A DNA stretch of 47,454 nt from an uncultured delta proteobacterium (GTDB lineage Bacteria; Myxococcota; Myxococcia; Myxococcales; Myxococcaceae): assembly GCA_963776345.1 (NCBI GenBank), contig CAVZMH010000008.1, positions 1-47,454 of the forward strand, read 5' to 3'. Shown piece by piece: positions 18,847-33,650 of the stretch (its first letter is position 1; each line of letters begins with the position of its first letter). A model generated the notes under the pieces. It saw only the letters and a list, made by a program, of their open reading frames with translations. It searched no databases and was not told the origin of the DNA. A program made the position numbers and the translations under genes.

Positions 18847-19341
18847 GTGACCCACGCTGCGCCCACCCGAGATCCACGCTACCGGCCGTTCCGGGTGGCG
18901 GTGCTCGGGGTGTACCTGGTGGTGGTCTCGGTCTTCGCCCTCCTCATCACGGTGAGCGTCGTCCGCTCGGTGCGCTCGATGAGCCCGCGGCGCGAGCCCG
19001 TCCGGACCGCCACCCTCGACCGCGAGGCCTGCGCCGCGCGCGCCTCGAGCCTCCTCGACGAGCTGGAGGGCCGGCGGCGGGCGCTCACCGGCATCACCCC
19101 TGCCTCGCGGGCCGATGTGAGCTGGATGTCCTTCCGCGTGGAGTGGCTGGACCGCCTCCGTCAGGCGGAGCGCAGCTGCGGGGTGGATGCGCCGGACCGG
19201 AAGGACCTCGCCGAGCTCTTCCGGCAGCTCGAGCACCTCGAGGACCTCTACACCACCAGCGCCGTCCAGTACTCGGGGGAGATCGGCCCGGCCCTGGACC
19301 GCTTCCATCGCATGGTGACCCGGGCGCGCGAGGCACGCTGA
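18847..19341 (+). CDS. Hypothetical membrane protein
   Basis: GTG start 14 nt after the previous stop; DPRYRPFR, then a TM helix and a helical domain with two Cys. Confidence 0.7.
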   Translation: MTHAAPTRDPRYRPFRVAVLGVYLVVVSVFALLITVSVVRSVRSMSPRREPVRTATLDREACAARASSLLDELEGRRRALTGITPASRADVSWMSFRVEWLDRLRQAERSCGVDAPDRKDLAELFRQLEHLEDLYTTSAVQYSGEIGPALDRFHRMVTRAREAR

Positions 19342-19357
19342 GCCGGCGGACGCCCGC

Positions 19358-20905
19358 TCACTGCTGCGGAAGGAGGATGGTCACCACTCCGTTCTCGTCC
19401 GACACGCCCTGGCCCAGCAGGAGCGCCCGCGGCGTTCCATCGTCCAGCGTGGCCTGCCGGTAGACACGCACCAGGGCCTGGGGGACGAGCGCGCCCGCGT
19501 CACGGAAGACGCGGGCGGTGAGGCGCCGGCCGGTGGGGACCGTGACGGTGTCCAGCAGCGCGCCGGCAGCGGTCACCAGGACGAACCGGCGCAGCACCGG
19601 GAGCTCGGGGCTGGCCTCCACTTCCAGCTGGTAGGCGGCGGGATCCAGGCGGAGGGCGAAGGTCCCCGACTGGCCGGACTCGCCGGAGGCGCCGGCGGGA
19701 GGAAGCGGAGAGCCCGGATCCGCGGCGGCGACCGGGTCGGCCCGGAGCGCGGCGCCGGCCAGCGGACCGGCATCCGGCAGGAGCAGCGCCCCCCGGAGGA
19801 TTGGCCGGGTGGGGCAGGTCCAGGTGCCGGTCACCGGCGCCCCGGCGGGAGCGTCGAGAGGCGTCCGGAGGAGGCCGGCGACCGAGCCCGGAGGAGGGAT
19901 GGCCCACAGCCGGAGCGTTCCGGCCGCGGCCTCCGGGAGCGTCTCGATGGAGAAGCTGCCGTCGGCGCCCGTGAACACCGGCCCGACGTTCCCCGAGCCG
20001 CCACCCACCACCGTCCCCTGGACGAAGATGCTCGCGCCGCCGACCGGGCTGCCGTCCGGACCGAGCAGCGTCCCCGACACGCGGATTGGCGACTCGGTGT
20101 CGCCCACCAGGAACGGCTGGGCGAACCGCGCGAGGTCGGCGACGGGAAAGGCGGCCACCGCGCCGAGCGGGCCCGGGCCCGGCGAGATCTGAAGGACGGC
20201 GCCCCCGTCGAGTGCCCCGATGCCCACCGGGAGCTGGAAGGCGCCGGACGGATTGGCCGTCCTCCGGGCGGACAGAGGTCGCCCGTCCGGCGCGAGCAGC
20301 TGCACGTCGGGCGGCACCGGCTCGGGCTGCCCCGGACCGGAGAGCACGGTGCCGGTGAGCGTCTGGACCTGGGCCGCGTCGAGGAGGTCGATGGTGAGGG
20401 GGTTCACCCCGGCGTCGACACCCACCGCCGTCCTGATCGCGGGCGGGACCGCGGGGTCCAGCGGGCTCACCTCCACCGTGTACCGCCCGGTGGAGAGGCC
20501 CACCCGGAACCCCCCGGAGACCGCGGCGCCCGCGGTCTGCGCCGTCCGGTTCACCCCGGGGAGGAGCGTGCTCTCGCCCGAGGCGAGGAGCTGCACGCTG
20601 CCTGGATAGCCCCCGGAGCCGCGCCGGATGGTGAGCTGCAGCAGCTGGACGTCGGGAAGGACCAGCGGCAGGTTCGCCTGGGCCGGTCCCATGGGCAGGT
20701 CCACGCTGGTCACCCCGGTGGGCGCCGTGGTGATGACCTCGGCCAGCAGGTCATCCGGCAGCGTGCCACAGCCATCCACGTAGCACCGCTGCGGGTAGAG
20801 GCAGTCCTGGTCGCGGGTGCACGTCCCGGCCGGCGGGCTCGGCTCGCCGAACAGGTTGCATCCGGCGAGCAGCGCCGCGGCGACGACCGAAGTCCAGCGG
20901 CTCAC
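19358..20905 (-). CDS. Lipoprotein with tandem carboxypeptidase-regulatory-like beta-sandwich domains
   Basis: Lipobox LAGC; small Cys-rich CTRDQDC..CYVDGC module; repeated (V/L)xGxLLxPDG...G.F motifs. Confidence 0.75.
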   Translation of the reverse strand: MSRWTSVVAAALLAGCNLFGEPSPPAGTCTRDQDCLYPQRCYVDGCGTLPDDLLAEVITTAPTGVTSVDLPMGPAQANLPLVLPDVQLLQLTIRRGSGGYPGSVQLLASGESTLLPGVNRTAQTAGAAVSGGFRVGLSTGRYTVEVSPLDPAVPPAIRTAVGVDAGVNPLTIDLLDAAQVQTLTGTVLSGPGQPEPVPPDVQLLAPDGRPLSARRTANPSGAFQLPVGIGALDGGAVLQISPGPGPLGAVAAFPVADLARFAQPFLVGDTESPIRVSGTLLGPDGSPVGGASIFVQGTVVGGGSGNVGPVFTGADGSFSIETLPEAAAGTLRLWAIPPPGSVAGLLRTPLDAPAGAPVTGTWTCPTRPILRGALLLPDAGPLAGAALRADPVAAADPGSPLPPAGASGESGQSGTFALRLDPAAYQLEVEASPELPVLRRFVLVTAAGALLDTVTVPTGRRLTARVFRDAGALVPQALVRVYRQATLDDGTPRALLLGQGVSDENGVVTILLPQQ

Positions 20906-21440
20906 GGGCAGGGCCCCGCGACCACGGTCACCGTCCAGGCGTAGGTCACGGCGTAGGTGGGGTCCTGCGCGGTGCCACCGTCGAGCAGGACCACCGTCCG
21001 CGGCTGCGGGTCTCGGTTCACCAGGGTGCCGTCGGAGAGCAGCACCTCCACCACGTGCTCGCCGGGCTGCTGCAGGGAGCCCGGGGCGGCGAAGCTCACC
21101 TCGTAGCTCGCCGGGTCGGACCGGTCCACTTGCCCGTTGTTGACGATGGTCGCCTGCTTGACGAAGTTCGGGTTGAGGTCGGGGTCGACGTAGAAGTTGT
21201 AGATCAGCCTGTCGTCGACGTCGGGATCCGACACCGGGGCAAGGAAGCCGAGGTTCGGGCAGTCCGTGCCGTTCTTCACCGTGACGAAGCGGCTCGCCGG
21301 CTGGAGCAGGTTCTCCAGGATGCGCGGCGGCTGGTTCCTCGCCGGGGGCAGCGGCTGGATGATGTGGTCCTCCTGCGGCAGCAGGCAGGCCGGGAGCGCC
21401 ACCGCGGCGGCGAGGAGAGCCCCCAGCACGCGAGGAGCGT

Positions 21441-21444
<4 letters not shown>
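20902..21444 (-). CDS. Hypothetical lipoprotein
   Basis: GTGA overlap with the activator stop; lipobox LPAC; NQPPRI and VSDPDVDD Ig-like motif. Confidence 0.78.
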
Positions 21445-23249
<1,805 letters not shown>

Positions 23250-23252
23250 GGG

Positions 23253-24212
23253 TCAGAAGCGAATGGTGACCGAGGCCCCGACCGTGCCCGGCCCGGGCCC
23301 GATCCTCGCTCCCTGGGGCGGGGATGGGGTGGGCGGTGCCTCGACCCGGGTGGTCACCACCGTGTCCTGGTGATGGATGAGGGCGTCGGCCACCCCGGCG
23401 GCCCAGACGCCGTAGAAGCCGAGGCCCGCGCCGATCTTCAGCGCCCGCCAGACCTTGGCCTCGTCCTCGCGGTTGGCCGGGATGCCGGTCTCCACGATGG
23501 GCGCGGCGCCGGGGAAGCGGTTCTCGACGGTGAGGGTGCGGGTGTCCACCAGCGAGCCGTAGGCGAAGTAGGCCACGATGCTGGTGATGCCCAGGAGCGC
23601 CTCGGCGATGGCGAACCCGGTGCCCGCCGCCACCCGGCCCTGCTGGAACTGGCCGGCGCCGAAGGGGACGAAGTTCACCAGGAAGCTGCGCTTCTCCACC
23701 GTCCGGACCGTCACCTGGCGCGACATCTCCTCGATCTGCCGGCGCTGCTCCTCGGCCTCGCGGGCGAGCGTCGCCCGTTCCTCGGCGGCGCGCTTGGCGG
23801 CAGCGGCCTGGGCCCGCCGCTCGGCGCGGATGCGGTCCAGCTCCGGGGCGAGCGCCTGCCGCTGCTTCTCCACGAAGGCCACCGCCGGGGGCGGGTAGAC
23901 GAACGGGTCCAGGGCGAAGTCCGGCTCGATGCGGAGCAGCGCCGCCACGTGCCGCTGGGCCTGCTCGGTGCGCTTGAGGTTGAAGGCGGCGAGCCCGGCC
24001 AGCTTGTGCCACTGGACGAGCGAGGCCTCATCGATGCCGCCGCGATCGATGCGGCGCTCGGCGCGCTCCAGCACCTCGCGGTAGTGGCCGAACTCGAACT
24101 CGGCCTGCAGCGCGGCGAGGTCGGCCTCCTCGCCGGGGTCCGGCGCCTGCTGCGCCGCCGCCGCCGAGCCCACCGCCAGGGTCAGGACCATCCACCCGGC
24201 ACCCCGGCTCAT
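23253..24212 (-). CDS. Secreted TPR-like/coiled-coil protein with hydrophobic C-terminal region
   Basis: ATGA overlap with the kinase stop; signal peptide; LDPFVYPPP; NFVPFGAGQFQQG; C-terminal VTIRF. Confidence 0.75.
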   Translation of the reverse strand: MSRGAGWMVLTLAVGSAAAAQQAPDPGEEADLAALQAEFEFGHYREVLERAERRIDRGGIDEASLVQWHKLAGLAAFNLKRTEQAQRHVAALLRIEPDFALDPFVYPPPAVAFVEKQRQALAPELDRIRAERRAQAAAAKRAAEERATLAREAEEQRRQIEEMSRQVTVRTVEKRSFLVNFVPFGAGQFQQGRVAAGTGFAIAEALLGITSIVAYFAYGSLVDTRTLTVENRFPGAAPIVETGIPANREDEAKVWRALKIGAGLGFYGVWAAGVADALIHHQDTVVTTRVEAPPTPSPPQGARIGPGPGTVGASVTIRF

Positions 24213-26050
24213 TCCGGCACCAGCCTTCCGGTGAGCGTCCGGCTGGCGCCCGGGAGCACCTCGGCGGTGGAGCGGACGGTGCGGTACCCGGGCGCGGAGA
24301 CCTCGTACTCCACCCGGTGGACCAGGCGGGTCGGCGCCCGGGGCGAGGCGATCTCGAAGGGCCGGACCAGGGACTCCTCGGCGGCCCGCGTGACGTCGCC
24401 GACGCGGACCCGGGCGGAGGCGGGCTCGAAGGCGAACCGCAGCTGCGCCGGCTTGAGCCGGGCGGGGATGGCGAGGGTCTCCGGCTTGCCGGCCACCACA
24501 TCGACCGGGACCACCTGGTCCTCGCACCACTGGCAGCTGACGCGCAGCAGGTGGCGGCCGGGGGTGAGCGAGAGCGTGTGGACCGAGAGCGCCTCGTCCC
24601 CGGTCCTGCGGCCGTCGACCGAGAGCCAGCCGTACGGACGGACCAGGACCTGGTAACGCACCCCGGCCGGGCGAGCCGGCCCGGCGCGCGCGGGGGCGGG
24701 GCGCATGGCGCCCGTCGCCTCTGCGGGAGCCTCGGGGGTCCGCGCGGCGAGGGCAGGCACGCGGGGATCGCCCGCGCCGCTCGCCTCGCTCGCCCCGGCG
24801 GACGTGCCGGGGCTCGGCGGTGCCGAGGTGCTGCTGGCGATCGCCCCGGGCTCCGGACTGCTCCGCGCGGCGCCGGTGGGGGCCGCCCCCGGCCGGGCCT
24901 GCGTCCGCACCACGAGCACCGCCCCGGCCACGACGGCGGCGATGCCCAGCGCGCCGGCGGTCACCAGCAGCGCGCGACGGCGCGCGCGGCCCCGGCGGAG
25001 GCTGGCCTGCAGCCTGTCCAGGAGCGCCCGCGCGGCCGGTGCCTCGGGGTCGAGCGCCAGCGCCTGGTCCACCCGGGCGAGCGCGCGCGGGAGCCGGCCG
25101 GCCGCGGCCTCCTCGGTGCCCCGGGCCAGGAGTGTGGAGACCAGGCGCTGCACCAGCGCGGCGCGGGTGACGGCGGGGTCGGCGAAGAACGCGGCGAGCA
25201 CCGCCTCGCCATCGGCGAGCCCCAGGTCCTCGAGCGCCTCCGAGAGGGCCAGCTCCAGCTGCCGGGCGGTCGCGAACCGGTCCGAGGGCTCGTGGGCGAG
25301 GCAGCGCTGGAGGATGCCCACCAGCGCGTCCGAGATGGCCGGGCAGGCTCCCCGAGGGTCCTCGTAGGTCCCGGCCAGGATGCGCTTCAGCGTCGCGGGG
25401 GTGTTCGGGGCGGCGAAGGGCAGCGTCCCGGTCCAGAGCCAGTAGAGCAGCGCGCCGAGGGAGAAGACGTCCGACTCCGGCGTGGCCGGCTCCCCGTCGA
25501 TGACCTCCGGGGCCATGTACGCGGGCGAGCCCACCAGCGCGCCGGTGATGGTCATCCGCTCGACCGGGTCGAGCACGCGGGCGATGCCGAAGTCCATCAG
25601 CTTCAGCACGCCGTCGTCACGCACCATCACGTTCTCGGGCTTGAGGTCCCGGTGGATGACCCCCGCCTCGTGCGCGTGTCCGAGCGCTCGGGCGAGCTGC
25701 TGGATGACCAGCACCGCCAGCTCGGGCGGGAAGAGGCGCTCGCGCTCGGCGAACGACTTCAGCGTCTCGCCGCGCACCAGCTCGGTGACCAGGAATGCGT
25801 CCTCGGCGGAGGGATCGGCGAAGTCGAACACCTCGAGGATGTTGGGGTGCTGGAGCCGGGCCACCGCCCGGGCCTCGCGGGCCAGGCGGGCGCGCGCGTC
25901 CTGCTGGCGCGCCAGGTGCGGATGGAGCACCTTCACCGCGACCTCGCGCTGCAGCGAGGTGTCCAGCCCCCGGTAGACGACCGACATGCCCCCCGAGCCG
26001 AGCGGCTCGAGCAGTCGATAGCGCCCCAGGTGCCGGCCCTCGAGGCTCAT
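24209..26050 (-). CDS. Membrane Hanks-type Ser/Thr protein kinase with PEGA-like extracellular C-terminus
   Basis: LGSGGMSVVY, VAVK, HRDLKPEN, DFG, GSPAYMAPE, SDVFSLG; TM helix. Confidence 0.95.
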   Translation of the reverse strand: MSLEGRHLGRYRLLEPLGSGGMSVVYRGLDTSLQREVAVKVLHPHLARQQDARARLAREARAVARLQHPNILEVFDFADPSAEDAFLVTELVRGETLKSFAERERLFPPELAVLVIQQLARALGHAHEAGVIHRDLKPENVMVRDDGVLKLMDFGIARVLDPVERMTITGALVGSPAYMAPEVIDGEPATPESDVFSLGALLYWLWTGTLPFAAPNTPATLKRILAGTYEDPRGACPAISDALVGILQRCLAHEPSDRFATARQLELALSEALEDLGLADGEAVLAAFFADPAVTRAALVQRLVSTLLARGTEEAAAGRLPRALARVDQALALDPEAPAARALLDRLQASLRRGRARRRALLVTAGALGIAAVVAGAVLVVRTQARPGAAPTGAARSSPEPGAIASSTSAPPSPGTSAGASEASGAGDPRVPALAARTPEAPAEATGAMRPAPARAGPARPAGVRYQVLVRPYGWLSVDGRRTGDEALSVHTLSLTPGRHLLRVSCQWCEDQVVPVDVVAGKPETLAIPARLKPAQLRFAFEPASARVRVGDVTRAAEESLVRPFEIASPRAPTRLVHRVEYEVSAPGYRTVRSTAEVLPGASRTLTGRLVPE

Positions 26051-26200
26051 CCGATGGAGGCTCCTCCGGACGGCACGAACGCGCGGGCGCCGCGGAACGT
26101 TCCGCACTGTTCCGGACTGGCAGCGCAGGGAGCCATGGCGGTCTCGGACGGCCCCGGGCGAGAGGCCATTCAGCCCCTGCTCGGTCCGAGCGTTTCCGGC

Positions 26201-26228
26201 ATCTTACGCGCGCGGCCTCCGGGTTCAA
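26201..26228 (-). promoter_or_regulatory. Candidate sigma70 promoter of the kinase operon
   Basis: Minus strand TTGAAC-N16-TAAGAT, just downstream of the lon terminator hairpin. Confidence 0.45.
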
Positions 26229-26243
26229 TGTCCCTGGCCCACG

Positions 26244-26283
26244 AAAGCACGATGCCGCCCGGAGGCGAGTCCGGACGGCATCG
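26244..26283 (-). terminator. Probable intrinsic terminator of lon
   Basis: 14-bp stem CGATGCCGTCCGGA/TCCGGGCGGCATCG (one G-U pair) followed by TGCTTT on the minus strand. Confidence 0.6.
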
Positions 26284-26320
26284 GAAACACTGCAACCCGG
26301 CGGGGCGGCCGGTGCGCGGA

Positions 26321-28816
<2,496 letters not shown>

Positions 28817-28927
28817 GAAAATTCGCGCTCCGTTCAGGTGCGTCGGAAACTGCAGCGCCTCGCCTGGTCCCGTACTGCCTGGAACAGAGGCTAGCAATCA
28901 AAAGTCCTTCGTTGGGAAACAGCGGGA

Positions 28928-30211
28928 ATGCGGGGTCTGACCCTTACCGATAGAGCAGAACCGGGCGCCGTCAAGCGACGTGGCCACTGGCCGTGGCTCG
29001 TGGCGGGCCTGCTGGGCACGCTCGGTGGGTGCACGTGCGAGGCGCCGCCGGACCGGGCAGGCTCCAACGTGCCGACGGCCTGTGCCTACGACGCACCGCT
29101 CTTCGCGCCCGTCGAGACCGACATCCTCTTCGTCGTCGACGACAGCAACTCCATGAGCGAGGAGCAGGAGGGCGTCGCCCGCGAGCTGCCGACCTTCGTC
29201 GAGGTGCTACAGACCGGCGCCGGCGTCACGCAGAACCTCCGGGTCGGTCTGGTCAACACCTCGGTCTACTCGGCGTACTTCAACGGCAACCGCCTCTTCC
29301 TCACCTCGTATCCGCAGGGTGGCTGGCTGCGTCAGTTTCCGGCGGTGGACGGTGGAGTGGGAGGTGGCGAGCGCTGGCTGACGGACCCCGATCCGGAGAT
29401 CGTCCCGCGCCTGAGCGCCGCCATCCGGGCCCTGGGCATCAACGGCTCGTTCCAGGAGACCCCCTTCGAGGCGGCCCGCATCGCGCTCACCGGGACCGGC
29501 TTCTGGACGACGCTGGCGGACGGCGGGAGCCCCAACACGGGCTTCCTCCGCCCGGGCGCGCGGCTCCTGGTGGTGGCGGTGAGCGACGAGGACGACTGCA
29601 GCGAGATGGACTTCCGCAACCCGAAGGTCTTCTACACCGACGCCGAGGGACAGGACTTCTGCACCCTGCACGAGGACCTCCTCACCCCGGTGGGCGACTA
29701 CGTCACCGCCTTCGAGCGGCTGGACGACGGCAAGGGACGGCCCCGGGAGATCCTCTGGGGGGCGATCGCGCCGGTCGCGCGCTCGAACAAGGTGGCGCAG
29801 GGCGTTCAGGGGGCGCTGGCCGACGGCGGGCCGGTCATCCAGAACGTCGACTGCCCGACCAGCGGCGGCCCGGGGTACCGGCACCGGGCGATGGCGCTGG
29901 CCTTCGACCCCACGCTCACCAACCTCGACTCGATCTGCGCCCCGGACTACCACCAGAGCCTGCTGGACATCGCCCAGGTGGCGTCCATTCCCCAGACGCT
30001 GACGCTCACCGACAACGTGCCCGACGCCCGCCTCCTCGCGGTGGACATCACCCGGGCCGATGGGAGCGTGCAGCGCTGCACCCTGGCGAACGGCGGTATC
30101 ACCCTCGTCGACGCGACCGCGACCGAGCCGCCGGCGGTGAGATTCCAGCAGGACTGCCTGCGCCGTCCGACCGACACCCGGGTCGAGGTGAAGCTGCTCT
30201 GCGCCGGCTGA
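28928..30211 (+). CDS. Cys-rich vWA-domain lipoprotein
   Basis: Lipobox LGGC; DILFVVDDSNSM (MIDAS DxSxS); FLRPGARLLVVAVSDEDDCS; start uncertain. Confidence 0.8.
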   Translation: MRGLTLTDRAEPGAVKRRGHWPWLVAGLLGTLGGCTCEAPPDRAGSNVPTACAYDAPLFAPVETDILFVVDDSNSMSEEQEGVARELPTFVEVLQTGAGVTQNLRVGLVNTSVYSAYFNGNRLFLTSYPQGGWLRQFPAVDGGVGGGERWLTDPDPEIVPRLSAAIRALGINGSFQETPFEAARIALTGTGFWTTLADGGSPNTGFLRPGARLLVVAVSDEDDCSEMDFRNPKVFYTDAEGQDFCTLHEDLLTPVGDYVTAFERLDDGKGRPREILWGAIAPVARSNKVAQGVQGALADGGPVIQNVDCPTSGGPGYRHRAMALAFDPTLTNLDSICAPDYHQSLLDIAQVASIPQTLTLTDNVPDARLLAVDITRADGSVQRCTLANGGITLVDATATEPPAVRFQQDCLRRPTDTRVEVKLLCAG

Positions 30212-30290
30212 CGGCGCTCGCCCCGGGCCGTCCCAAGTGTCCAGCCCGACCCCCCTTGCCCCGGGTGGCGTCGTCAGTGGCGCGTGCATA

Positions 30291-30306
30291 CTGAACGGAC
30301 GTATAG
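30291..30306. promoter_or_regulatory. LexA (SOS) box upstream of imuA
   Basis: Reverse complement CTATACGTCCGTTCAG fits the Myxococcus LexA consensus CTRHAMRYBYGTTCAG; overlaps a CATACT -10-like hexamer. Confidence 0.85.
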
Positions 30307-30332
30307 ACTGGGCCGGAGGTGGGCAACGAGGC

Positions 30333-31169
30333 ATGGAGGCGGCGGGCCGGGCAGACCCTGCAGTGCTCGAGCGGCTCCGGGAGCGGATCCGGACGCTGCA
30401 GGCCGCCCCGCGCCAGCTGCTCTCGGTGCTGCGGACCGGCCTGGCTCCGGTGGACGAGCTCCTGCCGGGAGGCGGATTCCCGCTGGGCCAGGTGGTGGAG
30501 CTCTGGGGAGAGGCCGCGTCGGGCCGGGCCCGGCTCGCGTTCCGCGCCATCGCCGAGGCGCACCGGGCGCTGCGGCTCGCGGCCTGGGTGGATGGACCTC
30601 GGACGCTCTATCCACCGGCGCTGCCCCCGCTCGGCATCCGGCTGGAGCAGCTCCTCGTCGTGCGCCCCCCCGGGCCGAGGCAGCTGGCCTGGAGCGCGCT
30701 CCAGCTGCTCCGGAGCGGCGTGTTCGCCGCGGTGGGCCTGGACCTGACCCACACCGGCGTCCGCCTCTCGCCGCCCGAGTCGCAGAGGCTGGTGGAGGCC
30801 GCCACCCGGAGCGGGGGGCTCCTCCTCCTCCTGACGCCTGCCGAGGCGCCGGCGGACGGCACGCTGCGGTTCCGTGTCTCCGCCACCGGTCCGCGGGGGC
30901 TGCTCCTCGAGGTGGTGCGGAGCCGGCAGGGCGGCGCCTCGCGCGCGGTGGAGGTGCCCTGGGAGCTGCTCACTCCGGGCGGTCCCTCCGACGTGGGGCA
31001 GGGCGCCCGCGGCCTGGACGCGCCGCCCGTGCCGGCCGAGCTCTCCCTGCCGTTCCGCCGGGTGCGCGCCTCCGACCTGCGCAACGGGCTCATCGGCATC
31101 CACGGGCAGCGGCCCGGACGAGATCTCCCATTGCCGCCGTTCGCCCAGGCGCTGGGGGGGACGTCGTGA
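30333..31169 (+). CDS. imuA: ImuA (RecA-like mutasome accessory protein)
   Basis: TGLAPVDELLPGGGFPLGQVVEL, degenerate Walker A GEAASGR, AWVDG..LYPPAL; LexA box upstream; coupled to imuB. Confidence 0.88.
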   Translation: MEAAGRADPAVLERLRERIRTLQAAPRQLLSVLRTGLAPVDELLPGGGFPLGQVVELWGEAASGRARLAFRAIAEAHRALRLAAWVDGPRTLYPPALPPLGIRLEQLLVVRPPGPRQLAWSALQLLRSGVFAAVGLDLTHTGVRLSPPESQRLVEAATRSGGLLLLLTPAEAPADGTLRFRVSATGPRGLLLEVVRSRQGGASRAVEVPWELLTPGGPSDVGQGARGLDAPPVPAELSLPFRRVRASDLRNGLIGIHGQRPGRDLPLPPFAQALGGTS

Positions 31170-32722
31170 GCCAGCGGGTGGCCTACGTGCACCTGCCGCG
31201 CTTCCCGGTGCAGCGCCGGGTGCTGGAGGAGCCCGCGCTCGCCGGTCAGCCGCTGGTCCTGGTGCACGAGGCGAAGGGGGCGCTGCGGGTGGCCTTCGCC
31301 TCGGGGGCGGCGCAGCGGGAGGGCATCCGCACCGGGATGACGCTCACCGCCGCGCGCGCGCTCCTGCCGGCGCTCCGCGACGGGTTCCACGACGCGGCGG
31401 CCGAGGCCCAGGCGCTGTCCTCGCTCGCCGAGGGCTTCCTCCGCTTCTCGCCGGCCTTCATGCTTTCGGCGCCGGACGGGCTATGGCTGGACGCCTCGGC
31501 GGCCTCGCTCTTCGGCGGCGAGGCGGGGCTGGTGGAGAAGGTGGAGGCGCAGGCCCGCGCTGCCGGGTACCGGGCGAGGGTGGCGCTCGCCTCCGAGCCG
31601 TTCACCGCGCGGGCGCTGGCCCGCTTCGGCGCCGCTCCGCAGGCGTCCCCCTGGCGCGGGGGGGTATGCGTGGTCCCGGGAGACTCGGAGCGCGCGCTCG
31701 CCGCGTTGCCGCTGCAGGCGCTGGAGGACGCGCCGGACGTCGTCGCCTCGCTGCGGGCGCTCGGGCTGTCCACGCTGGGCGAGCTCGGGGCGCTCACGCC
31801 CACCCAGGTCATCTCCCGGCTCGGGGCGCAGGGGCTCCGGGCCCAGCGGCTGGCGCGGGGGCGCGACGAGACGCGGCTGCTCCCGGCGGTGCTGCCCGAG
31901 GTGGTGGAGGAGGTGCGCACGCTCGAGGCCCCCGCCGAGTCGCTCGAGCCGCTGCTCTTCGCGCTCAAGACGTCGCTGGATCGGCTCTCGGCCCGGCTCC
32001 GGGGCCGGCAGCAGGCGGCGGTGCGGCTGACGCTCACCCTGGTGCTCGAGCCCACCGGCCCGACCCCGGTCCCGCTGGCGCTGGCCCGGCCGACGACGGA
32101 CCCGAAGCTGCTCCTGAACCTCATACGCCACCGGCTCGAGTCGGTGCGGCTCGACGCGCCGGTGGCCACGCTGATCGTCACGGTGGACGAGTCCTGCGAG
32201 GACCGGGGGCAGCAGGGCGTGCTGGGGGATGCTCCCGCCGGCGACGCGGCGCTGGAGACGGTGCTCGCGCGGCTCGCCACGGCGCTCGGTCCCGAGGCGC
32301 TGGGGAGCCCGGCGCTCGCCGACGACCACCGCCCCGAGGCGGCGCACGCGCCAGGGCCCTTCCGTCCGCCCCGGCGCGAGCCCGGGATGTTCGCCGAGGC
32401 CCGGCGCACGCCCCCCGCACCAGCTCCCACACCCCCTCCGCCCGACTGGCAGCTGGAGCGTCCGGTGCGCCTCCTCCCCGGTGAGGGCGAGCCGCTCGAG
32501 GTGGAGCTGGACGCGCTCGGCGCGCTCCGGTCGGCGCGCGTGCTCGGACGGCGGCGGGCGGTGCTGGCCATCACCGGGCCGGAGCGGCTCGGCGGCCAGT
32601 GGTGGAGCGAGACGCCATTCCAGCGCGACTACTACCGCGTGCATCTCGAGGGGCTCGGGCCGGCGTGGGTGTATCGGCGCGCGGGTGAGGGACGGTTCTA
32701 CCTGCACGGACTGTTCGACTGA
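31166..32722 (+). CDS. imuB: ImuB (catalytically inactive Y-family polymerase homolog)
   Basis: GTGA overlap; GIRTGMTLTAARAL, PDGLWLD, GPERLGGQWW, RDYYRV, C-terminal YLHGLFD. Confidence 0.92.
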   Translation: MSQRVAYVHLPRFPVQRRVLEEPALAGQPLVLVHEAKGALRVAFASGAAQREGIRTGMTLTAARALLPALRDGFHDAAAEAQALSSLAEGFLRFSPAFMLSAPDGLWLDASAASLFGGEAGLVEKVEAQARAAGYRARVALASEPFTARALARFGAAPQASPWRGGVCVVPGDSERALAALPLQALEDAPDVVASLRALGLSTLGELGALTPTQVISRLGAQGLRAQRLARGRDETRLLPAVLPEVVEEVRTLEAPAESLEPLLFALKTSLDRLSARLRGRQQAAVRLTLTLVLEPTGPTPVPLALARPTTDPKLLLNLIRHRLESVRLDAPVATLIVTVDESCEDRGQQGVLGDAPAGDAALETVLARLATALGPEALGSPALADDHRPEAAHAPGPFRPPRREPGMFAEARRTPPAPAPTPPPPDWQLERPVRLLPGEGEPLEVELDALGALRSARVLGRRRAVLAITGPERLGGQWWSETPFQRDYYRVHLEGLGPAWVYRRAGEGRFYLHGLFD

Positions 32723-32773
32723 CGCCGGTTTCGGGCCGTCGCTGGCCGGTCGCGGTAGGCTTTCGCCGTCTCC

Positions 32774-33580
32774 GTGCCCGCCGAACGCCCACGCCCTGCG
32801 GTTGCGCCGCGCCCCGACCCCGTCAGGGAGCCGTTCCACGAGCGGACCTACGGCGAGGAGGAGGTCGCGGCCATCCTCCGGCGCGCCGCGCGGCTCGAGC
32901 GCGACCGGGGGACGACCGAGGCGGCCCTCAGCCTGCAGGAGATCGAGTCCATCGCGGGCGACTCGGGCATCGACCTCGCGCTGGTCCGGCAGGCCGCGCG
33001 CGAGCTCGACGAGGGGCAGGGCGAAGGCATCGCCGCGGCGATCGCCGGCGCACCGCTCCGCCGGACCATCGAGCGGGTGGTGGACGGGGAGCTCGGCGCC
33101 GAGCACCACGAGCGGCTCGCCCAGGAGATCCGCGAGGTGCTGTCGGGCCCGGGCGTCGGAGCCCGCTGGGTGCTCCCCGGGAGCATCTCGGCGCTGGGCC
33201 GGAGCCTCACCGTCTCCGGCTTCACCGGGACGAGCTCGGTCGAGGTGAACGTGGCGCCCCGCGACGGGAAGACGCTCATCCGCATCGGCGCCGATCGCTC
33301 CCAGCTGGCGGGCGGGCTCTACGGAGGCATCGTCGGTGGAGTCGGTGGCGGCTTCGGGGCGAACGTGGGCTGGATGATCCCGGCGCTCCTGCACCTGCCC
33401 TGGGAGGCGGGGCTCGCCGGCGCCGCGCTCGTCGTCCTCGGCGCGTACGCCCTCGCCCGGGCCATCTTCGTCCACAACGCCCGCGGCCTCGACCGGAGGC
33501 TCGACGAGCTGGCGGACCGGCTCGAGGCCATCGCGCAGCGGGCGACGGGCGAGCGGTCACTGTCCTCCGGCGCCCGCTGA
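32774..33580 (+). CDS. Hypothetical membrane protein (two C-terminal TM helices)
   Basis: RTYGEEEVAAILRRAA...LSLQEIESIAGDSGID N-terminal helical domain; Gly-rich TM segments. Confidence 0.75.
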   Translation: MPAERPRPAVAPRPDPVREPFHERTYGEEEVAAILRRAARLERDRGTTEAALSLQEIESIAGDSGIDLALVRQAARELDEGQGEGIAAAIAGAPLRRTIERVVDGELGAEHHERLAQEIREVLSGPGVGARWVLPGSISALGRSLTVSGFTGTSSVEVNVAPRDGKTLIRIGADRSQLAGGLYGGIVGGVGGGFGANVGWMIPALLHLPWEAGLAGAALVVLGAYALARAIFVHNARGLDRRLDELADRLEAIAQRATGERSLSSGAR

Positions 33581-33650
33581 GTCGGCCCGAGGCCGCTCTG
33601 GCGAACGCCGCGTTGCGCGCGCGGCGCCCGGCCGACATGCATCCGGGGCG

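Noticed and set aside
28947..28975. Promoter for lon (TTGACG-N16-TATCGG, or sigma32-like)
   Set aside because: Weak -10 match, and it overlaps the uncertain start of the vWA gene; not supportable.
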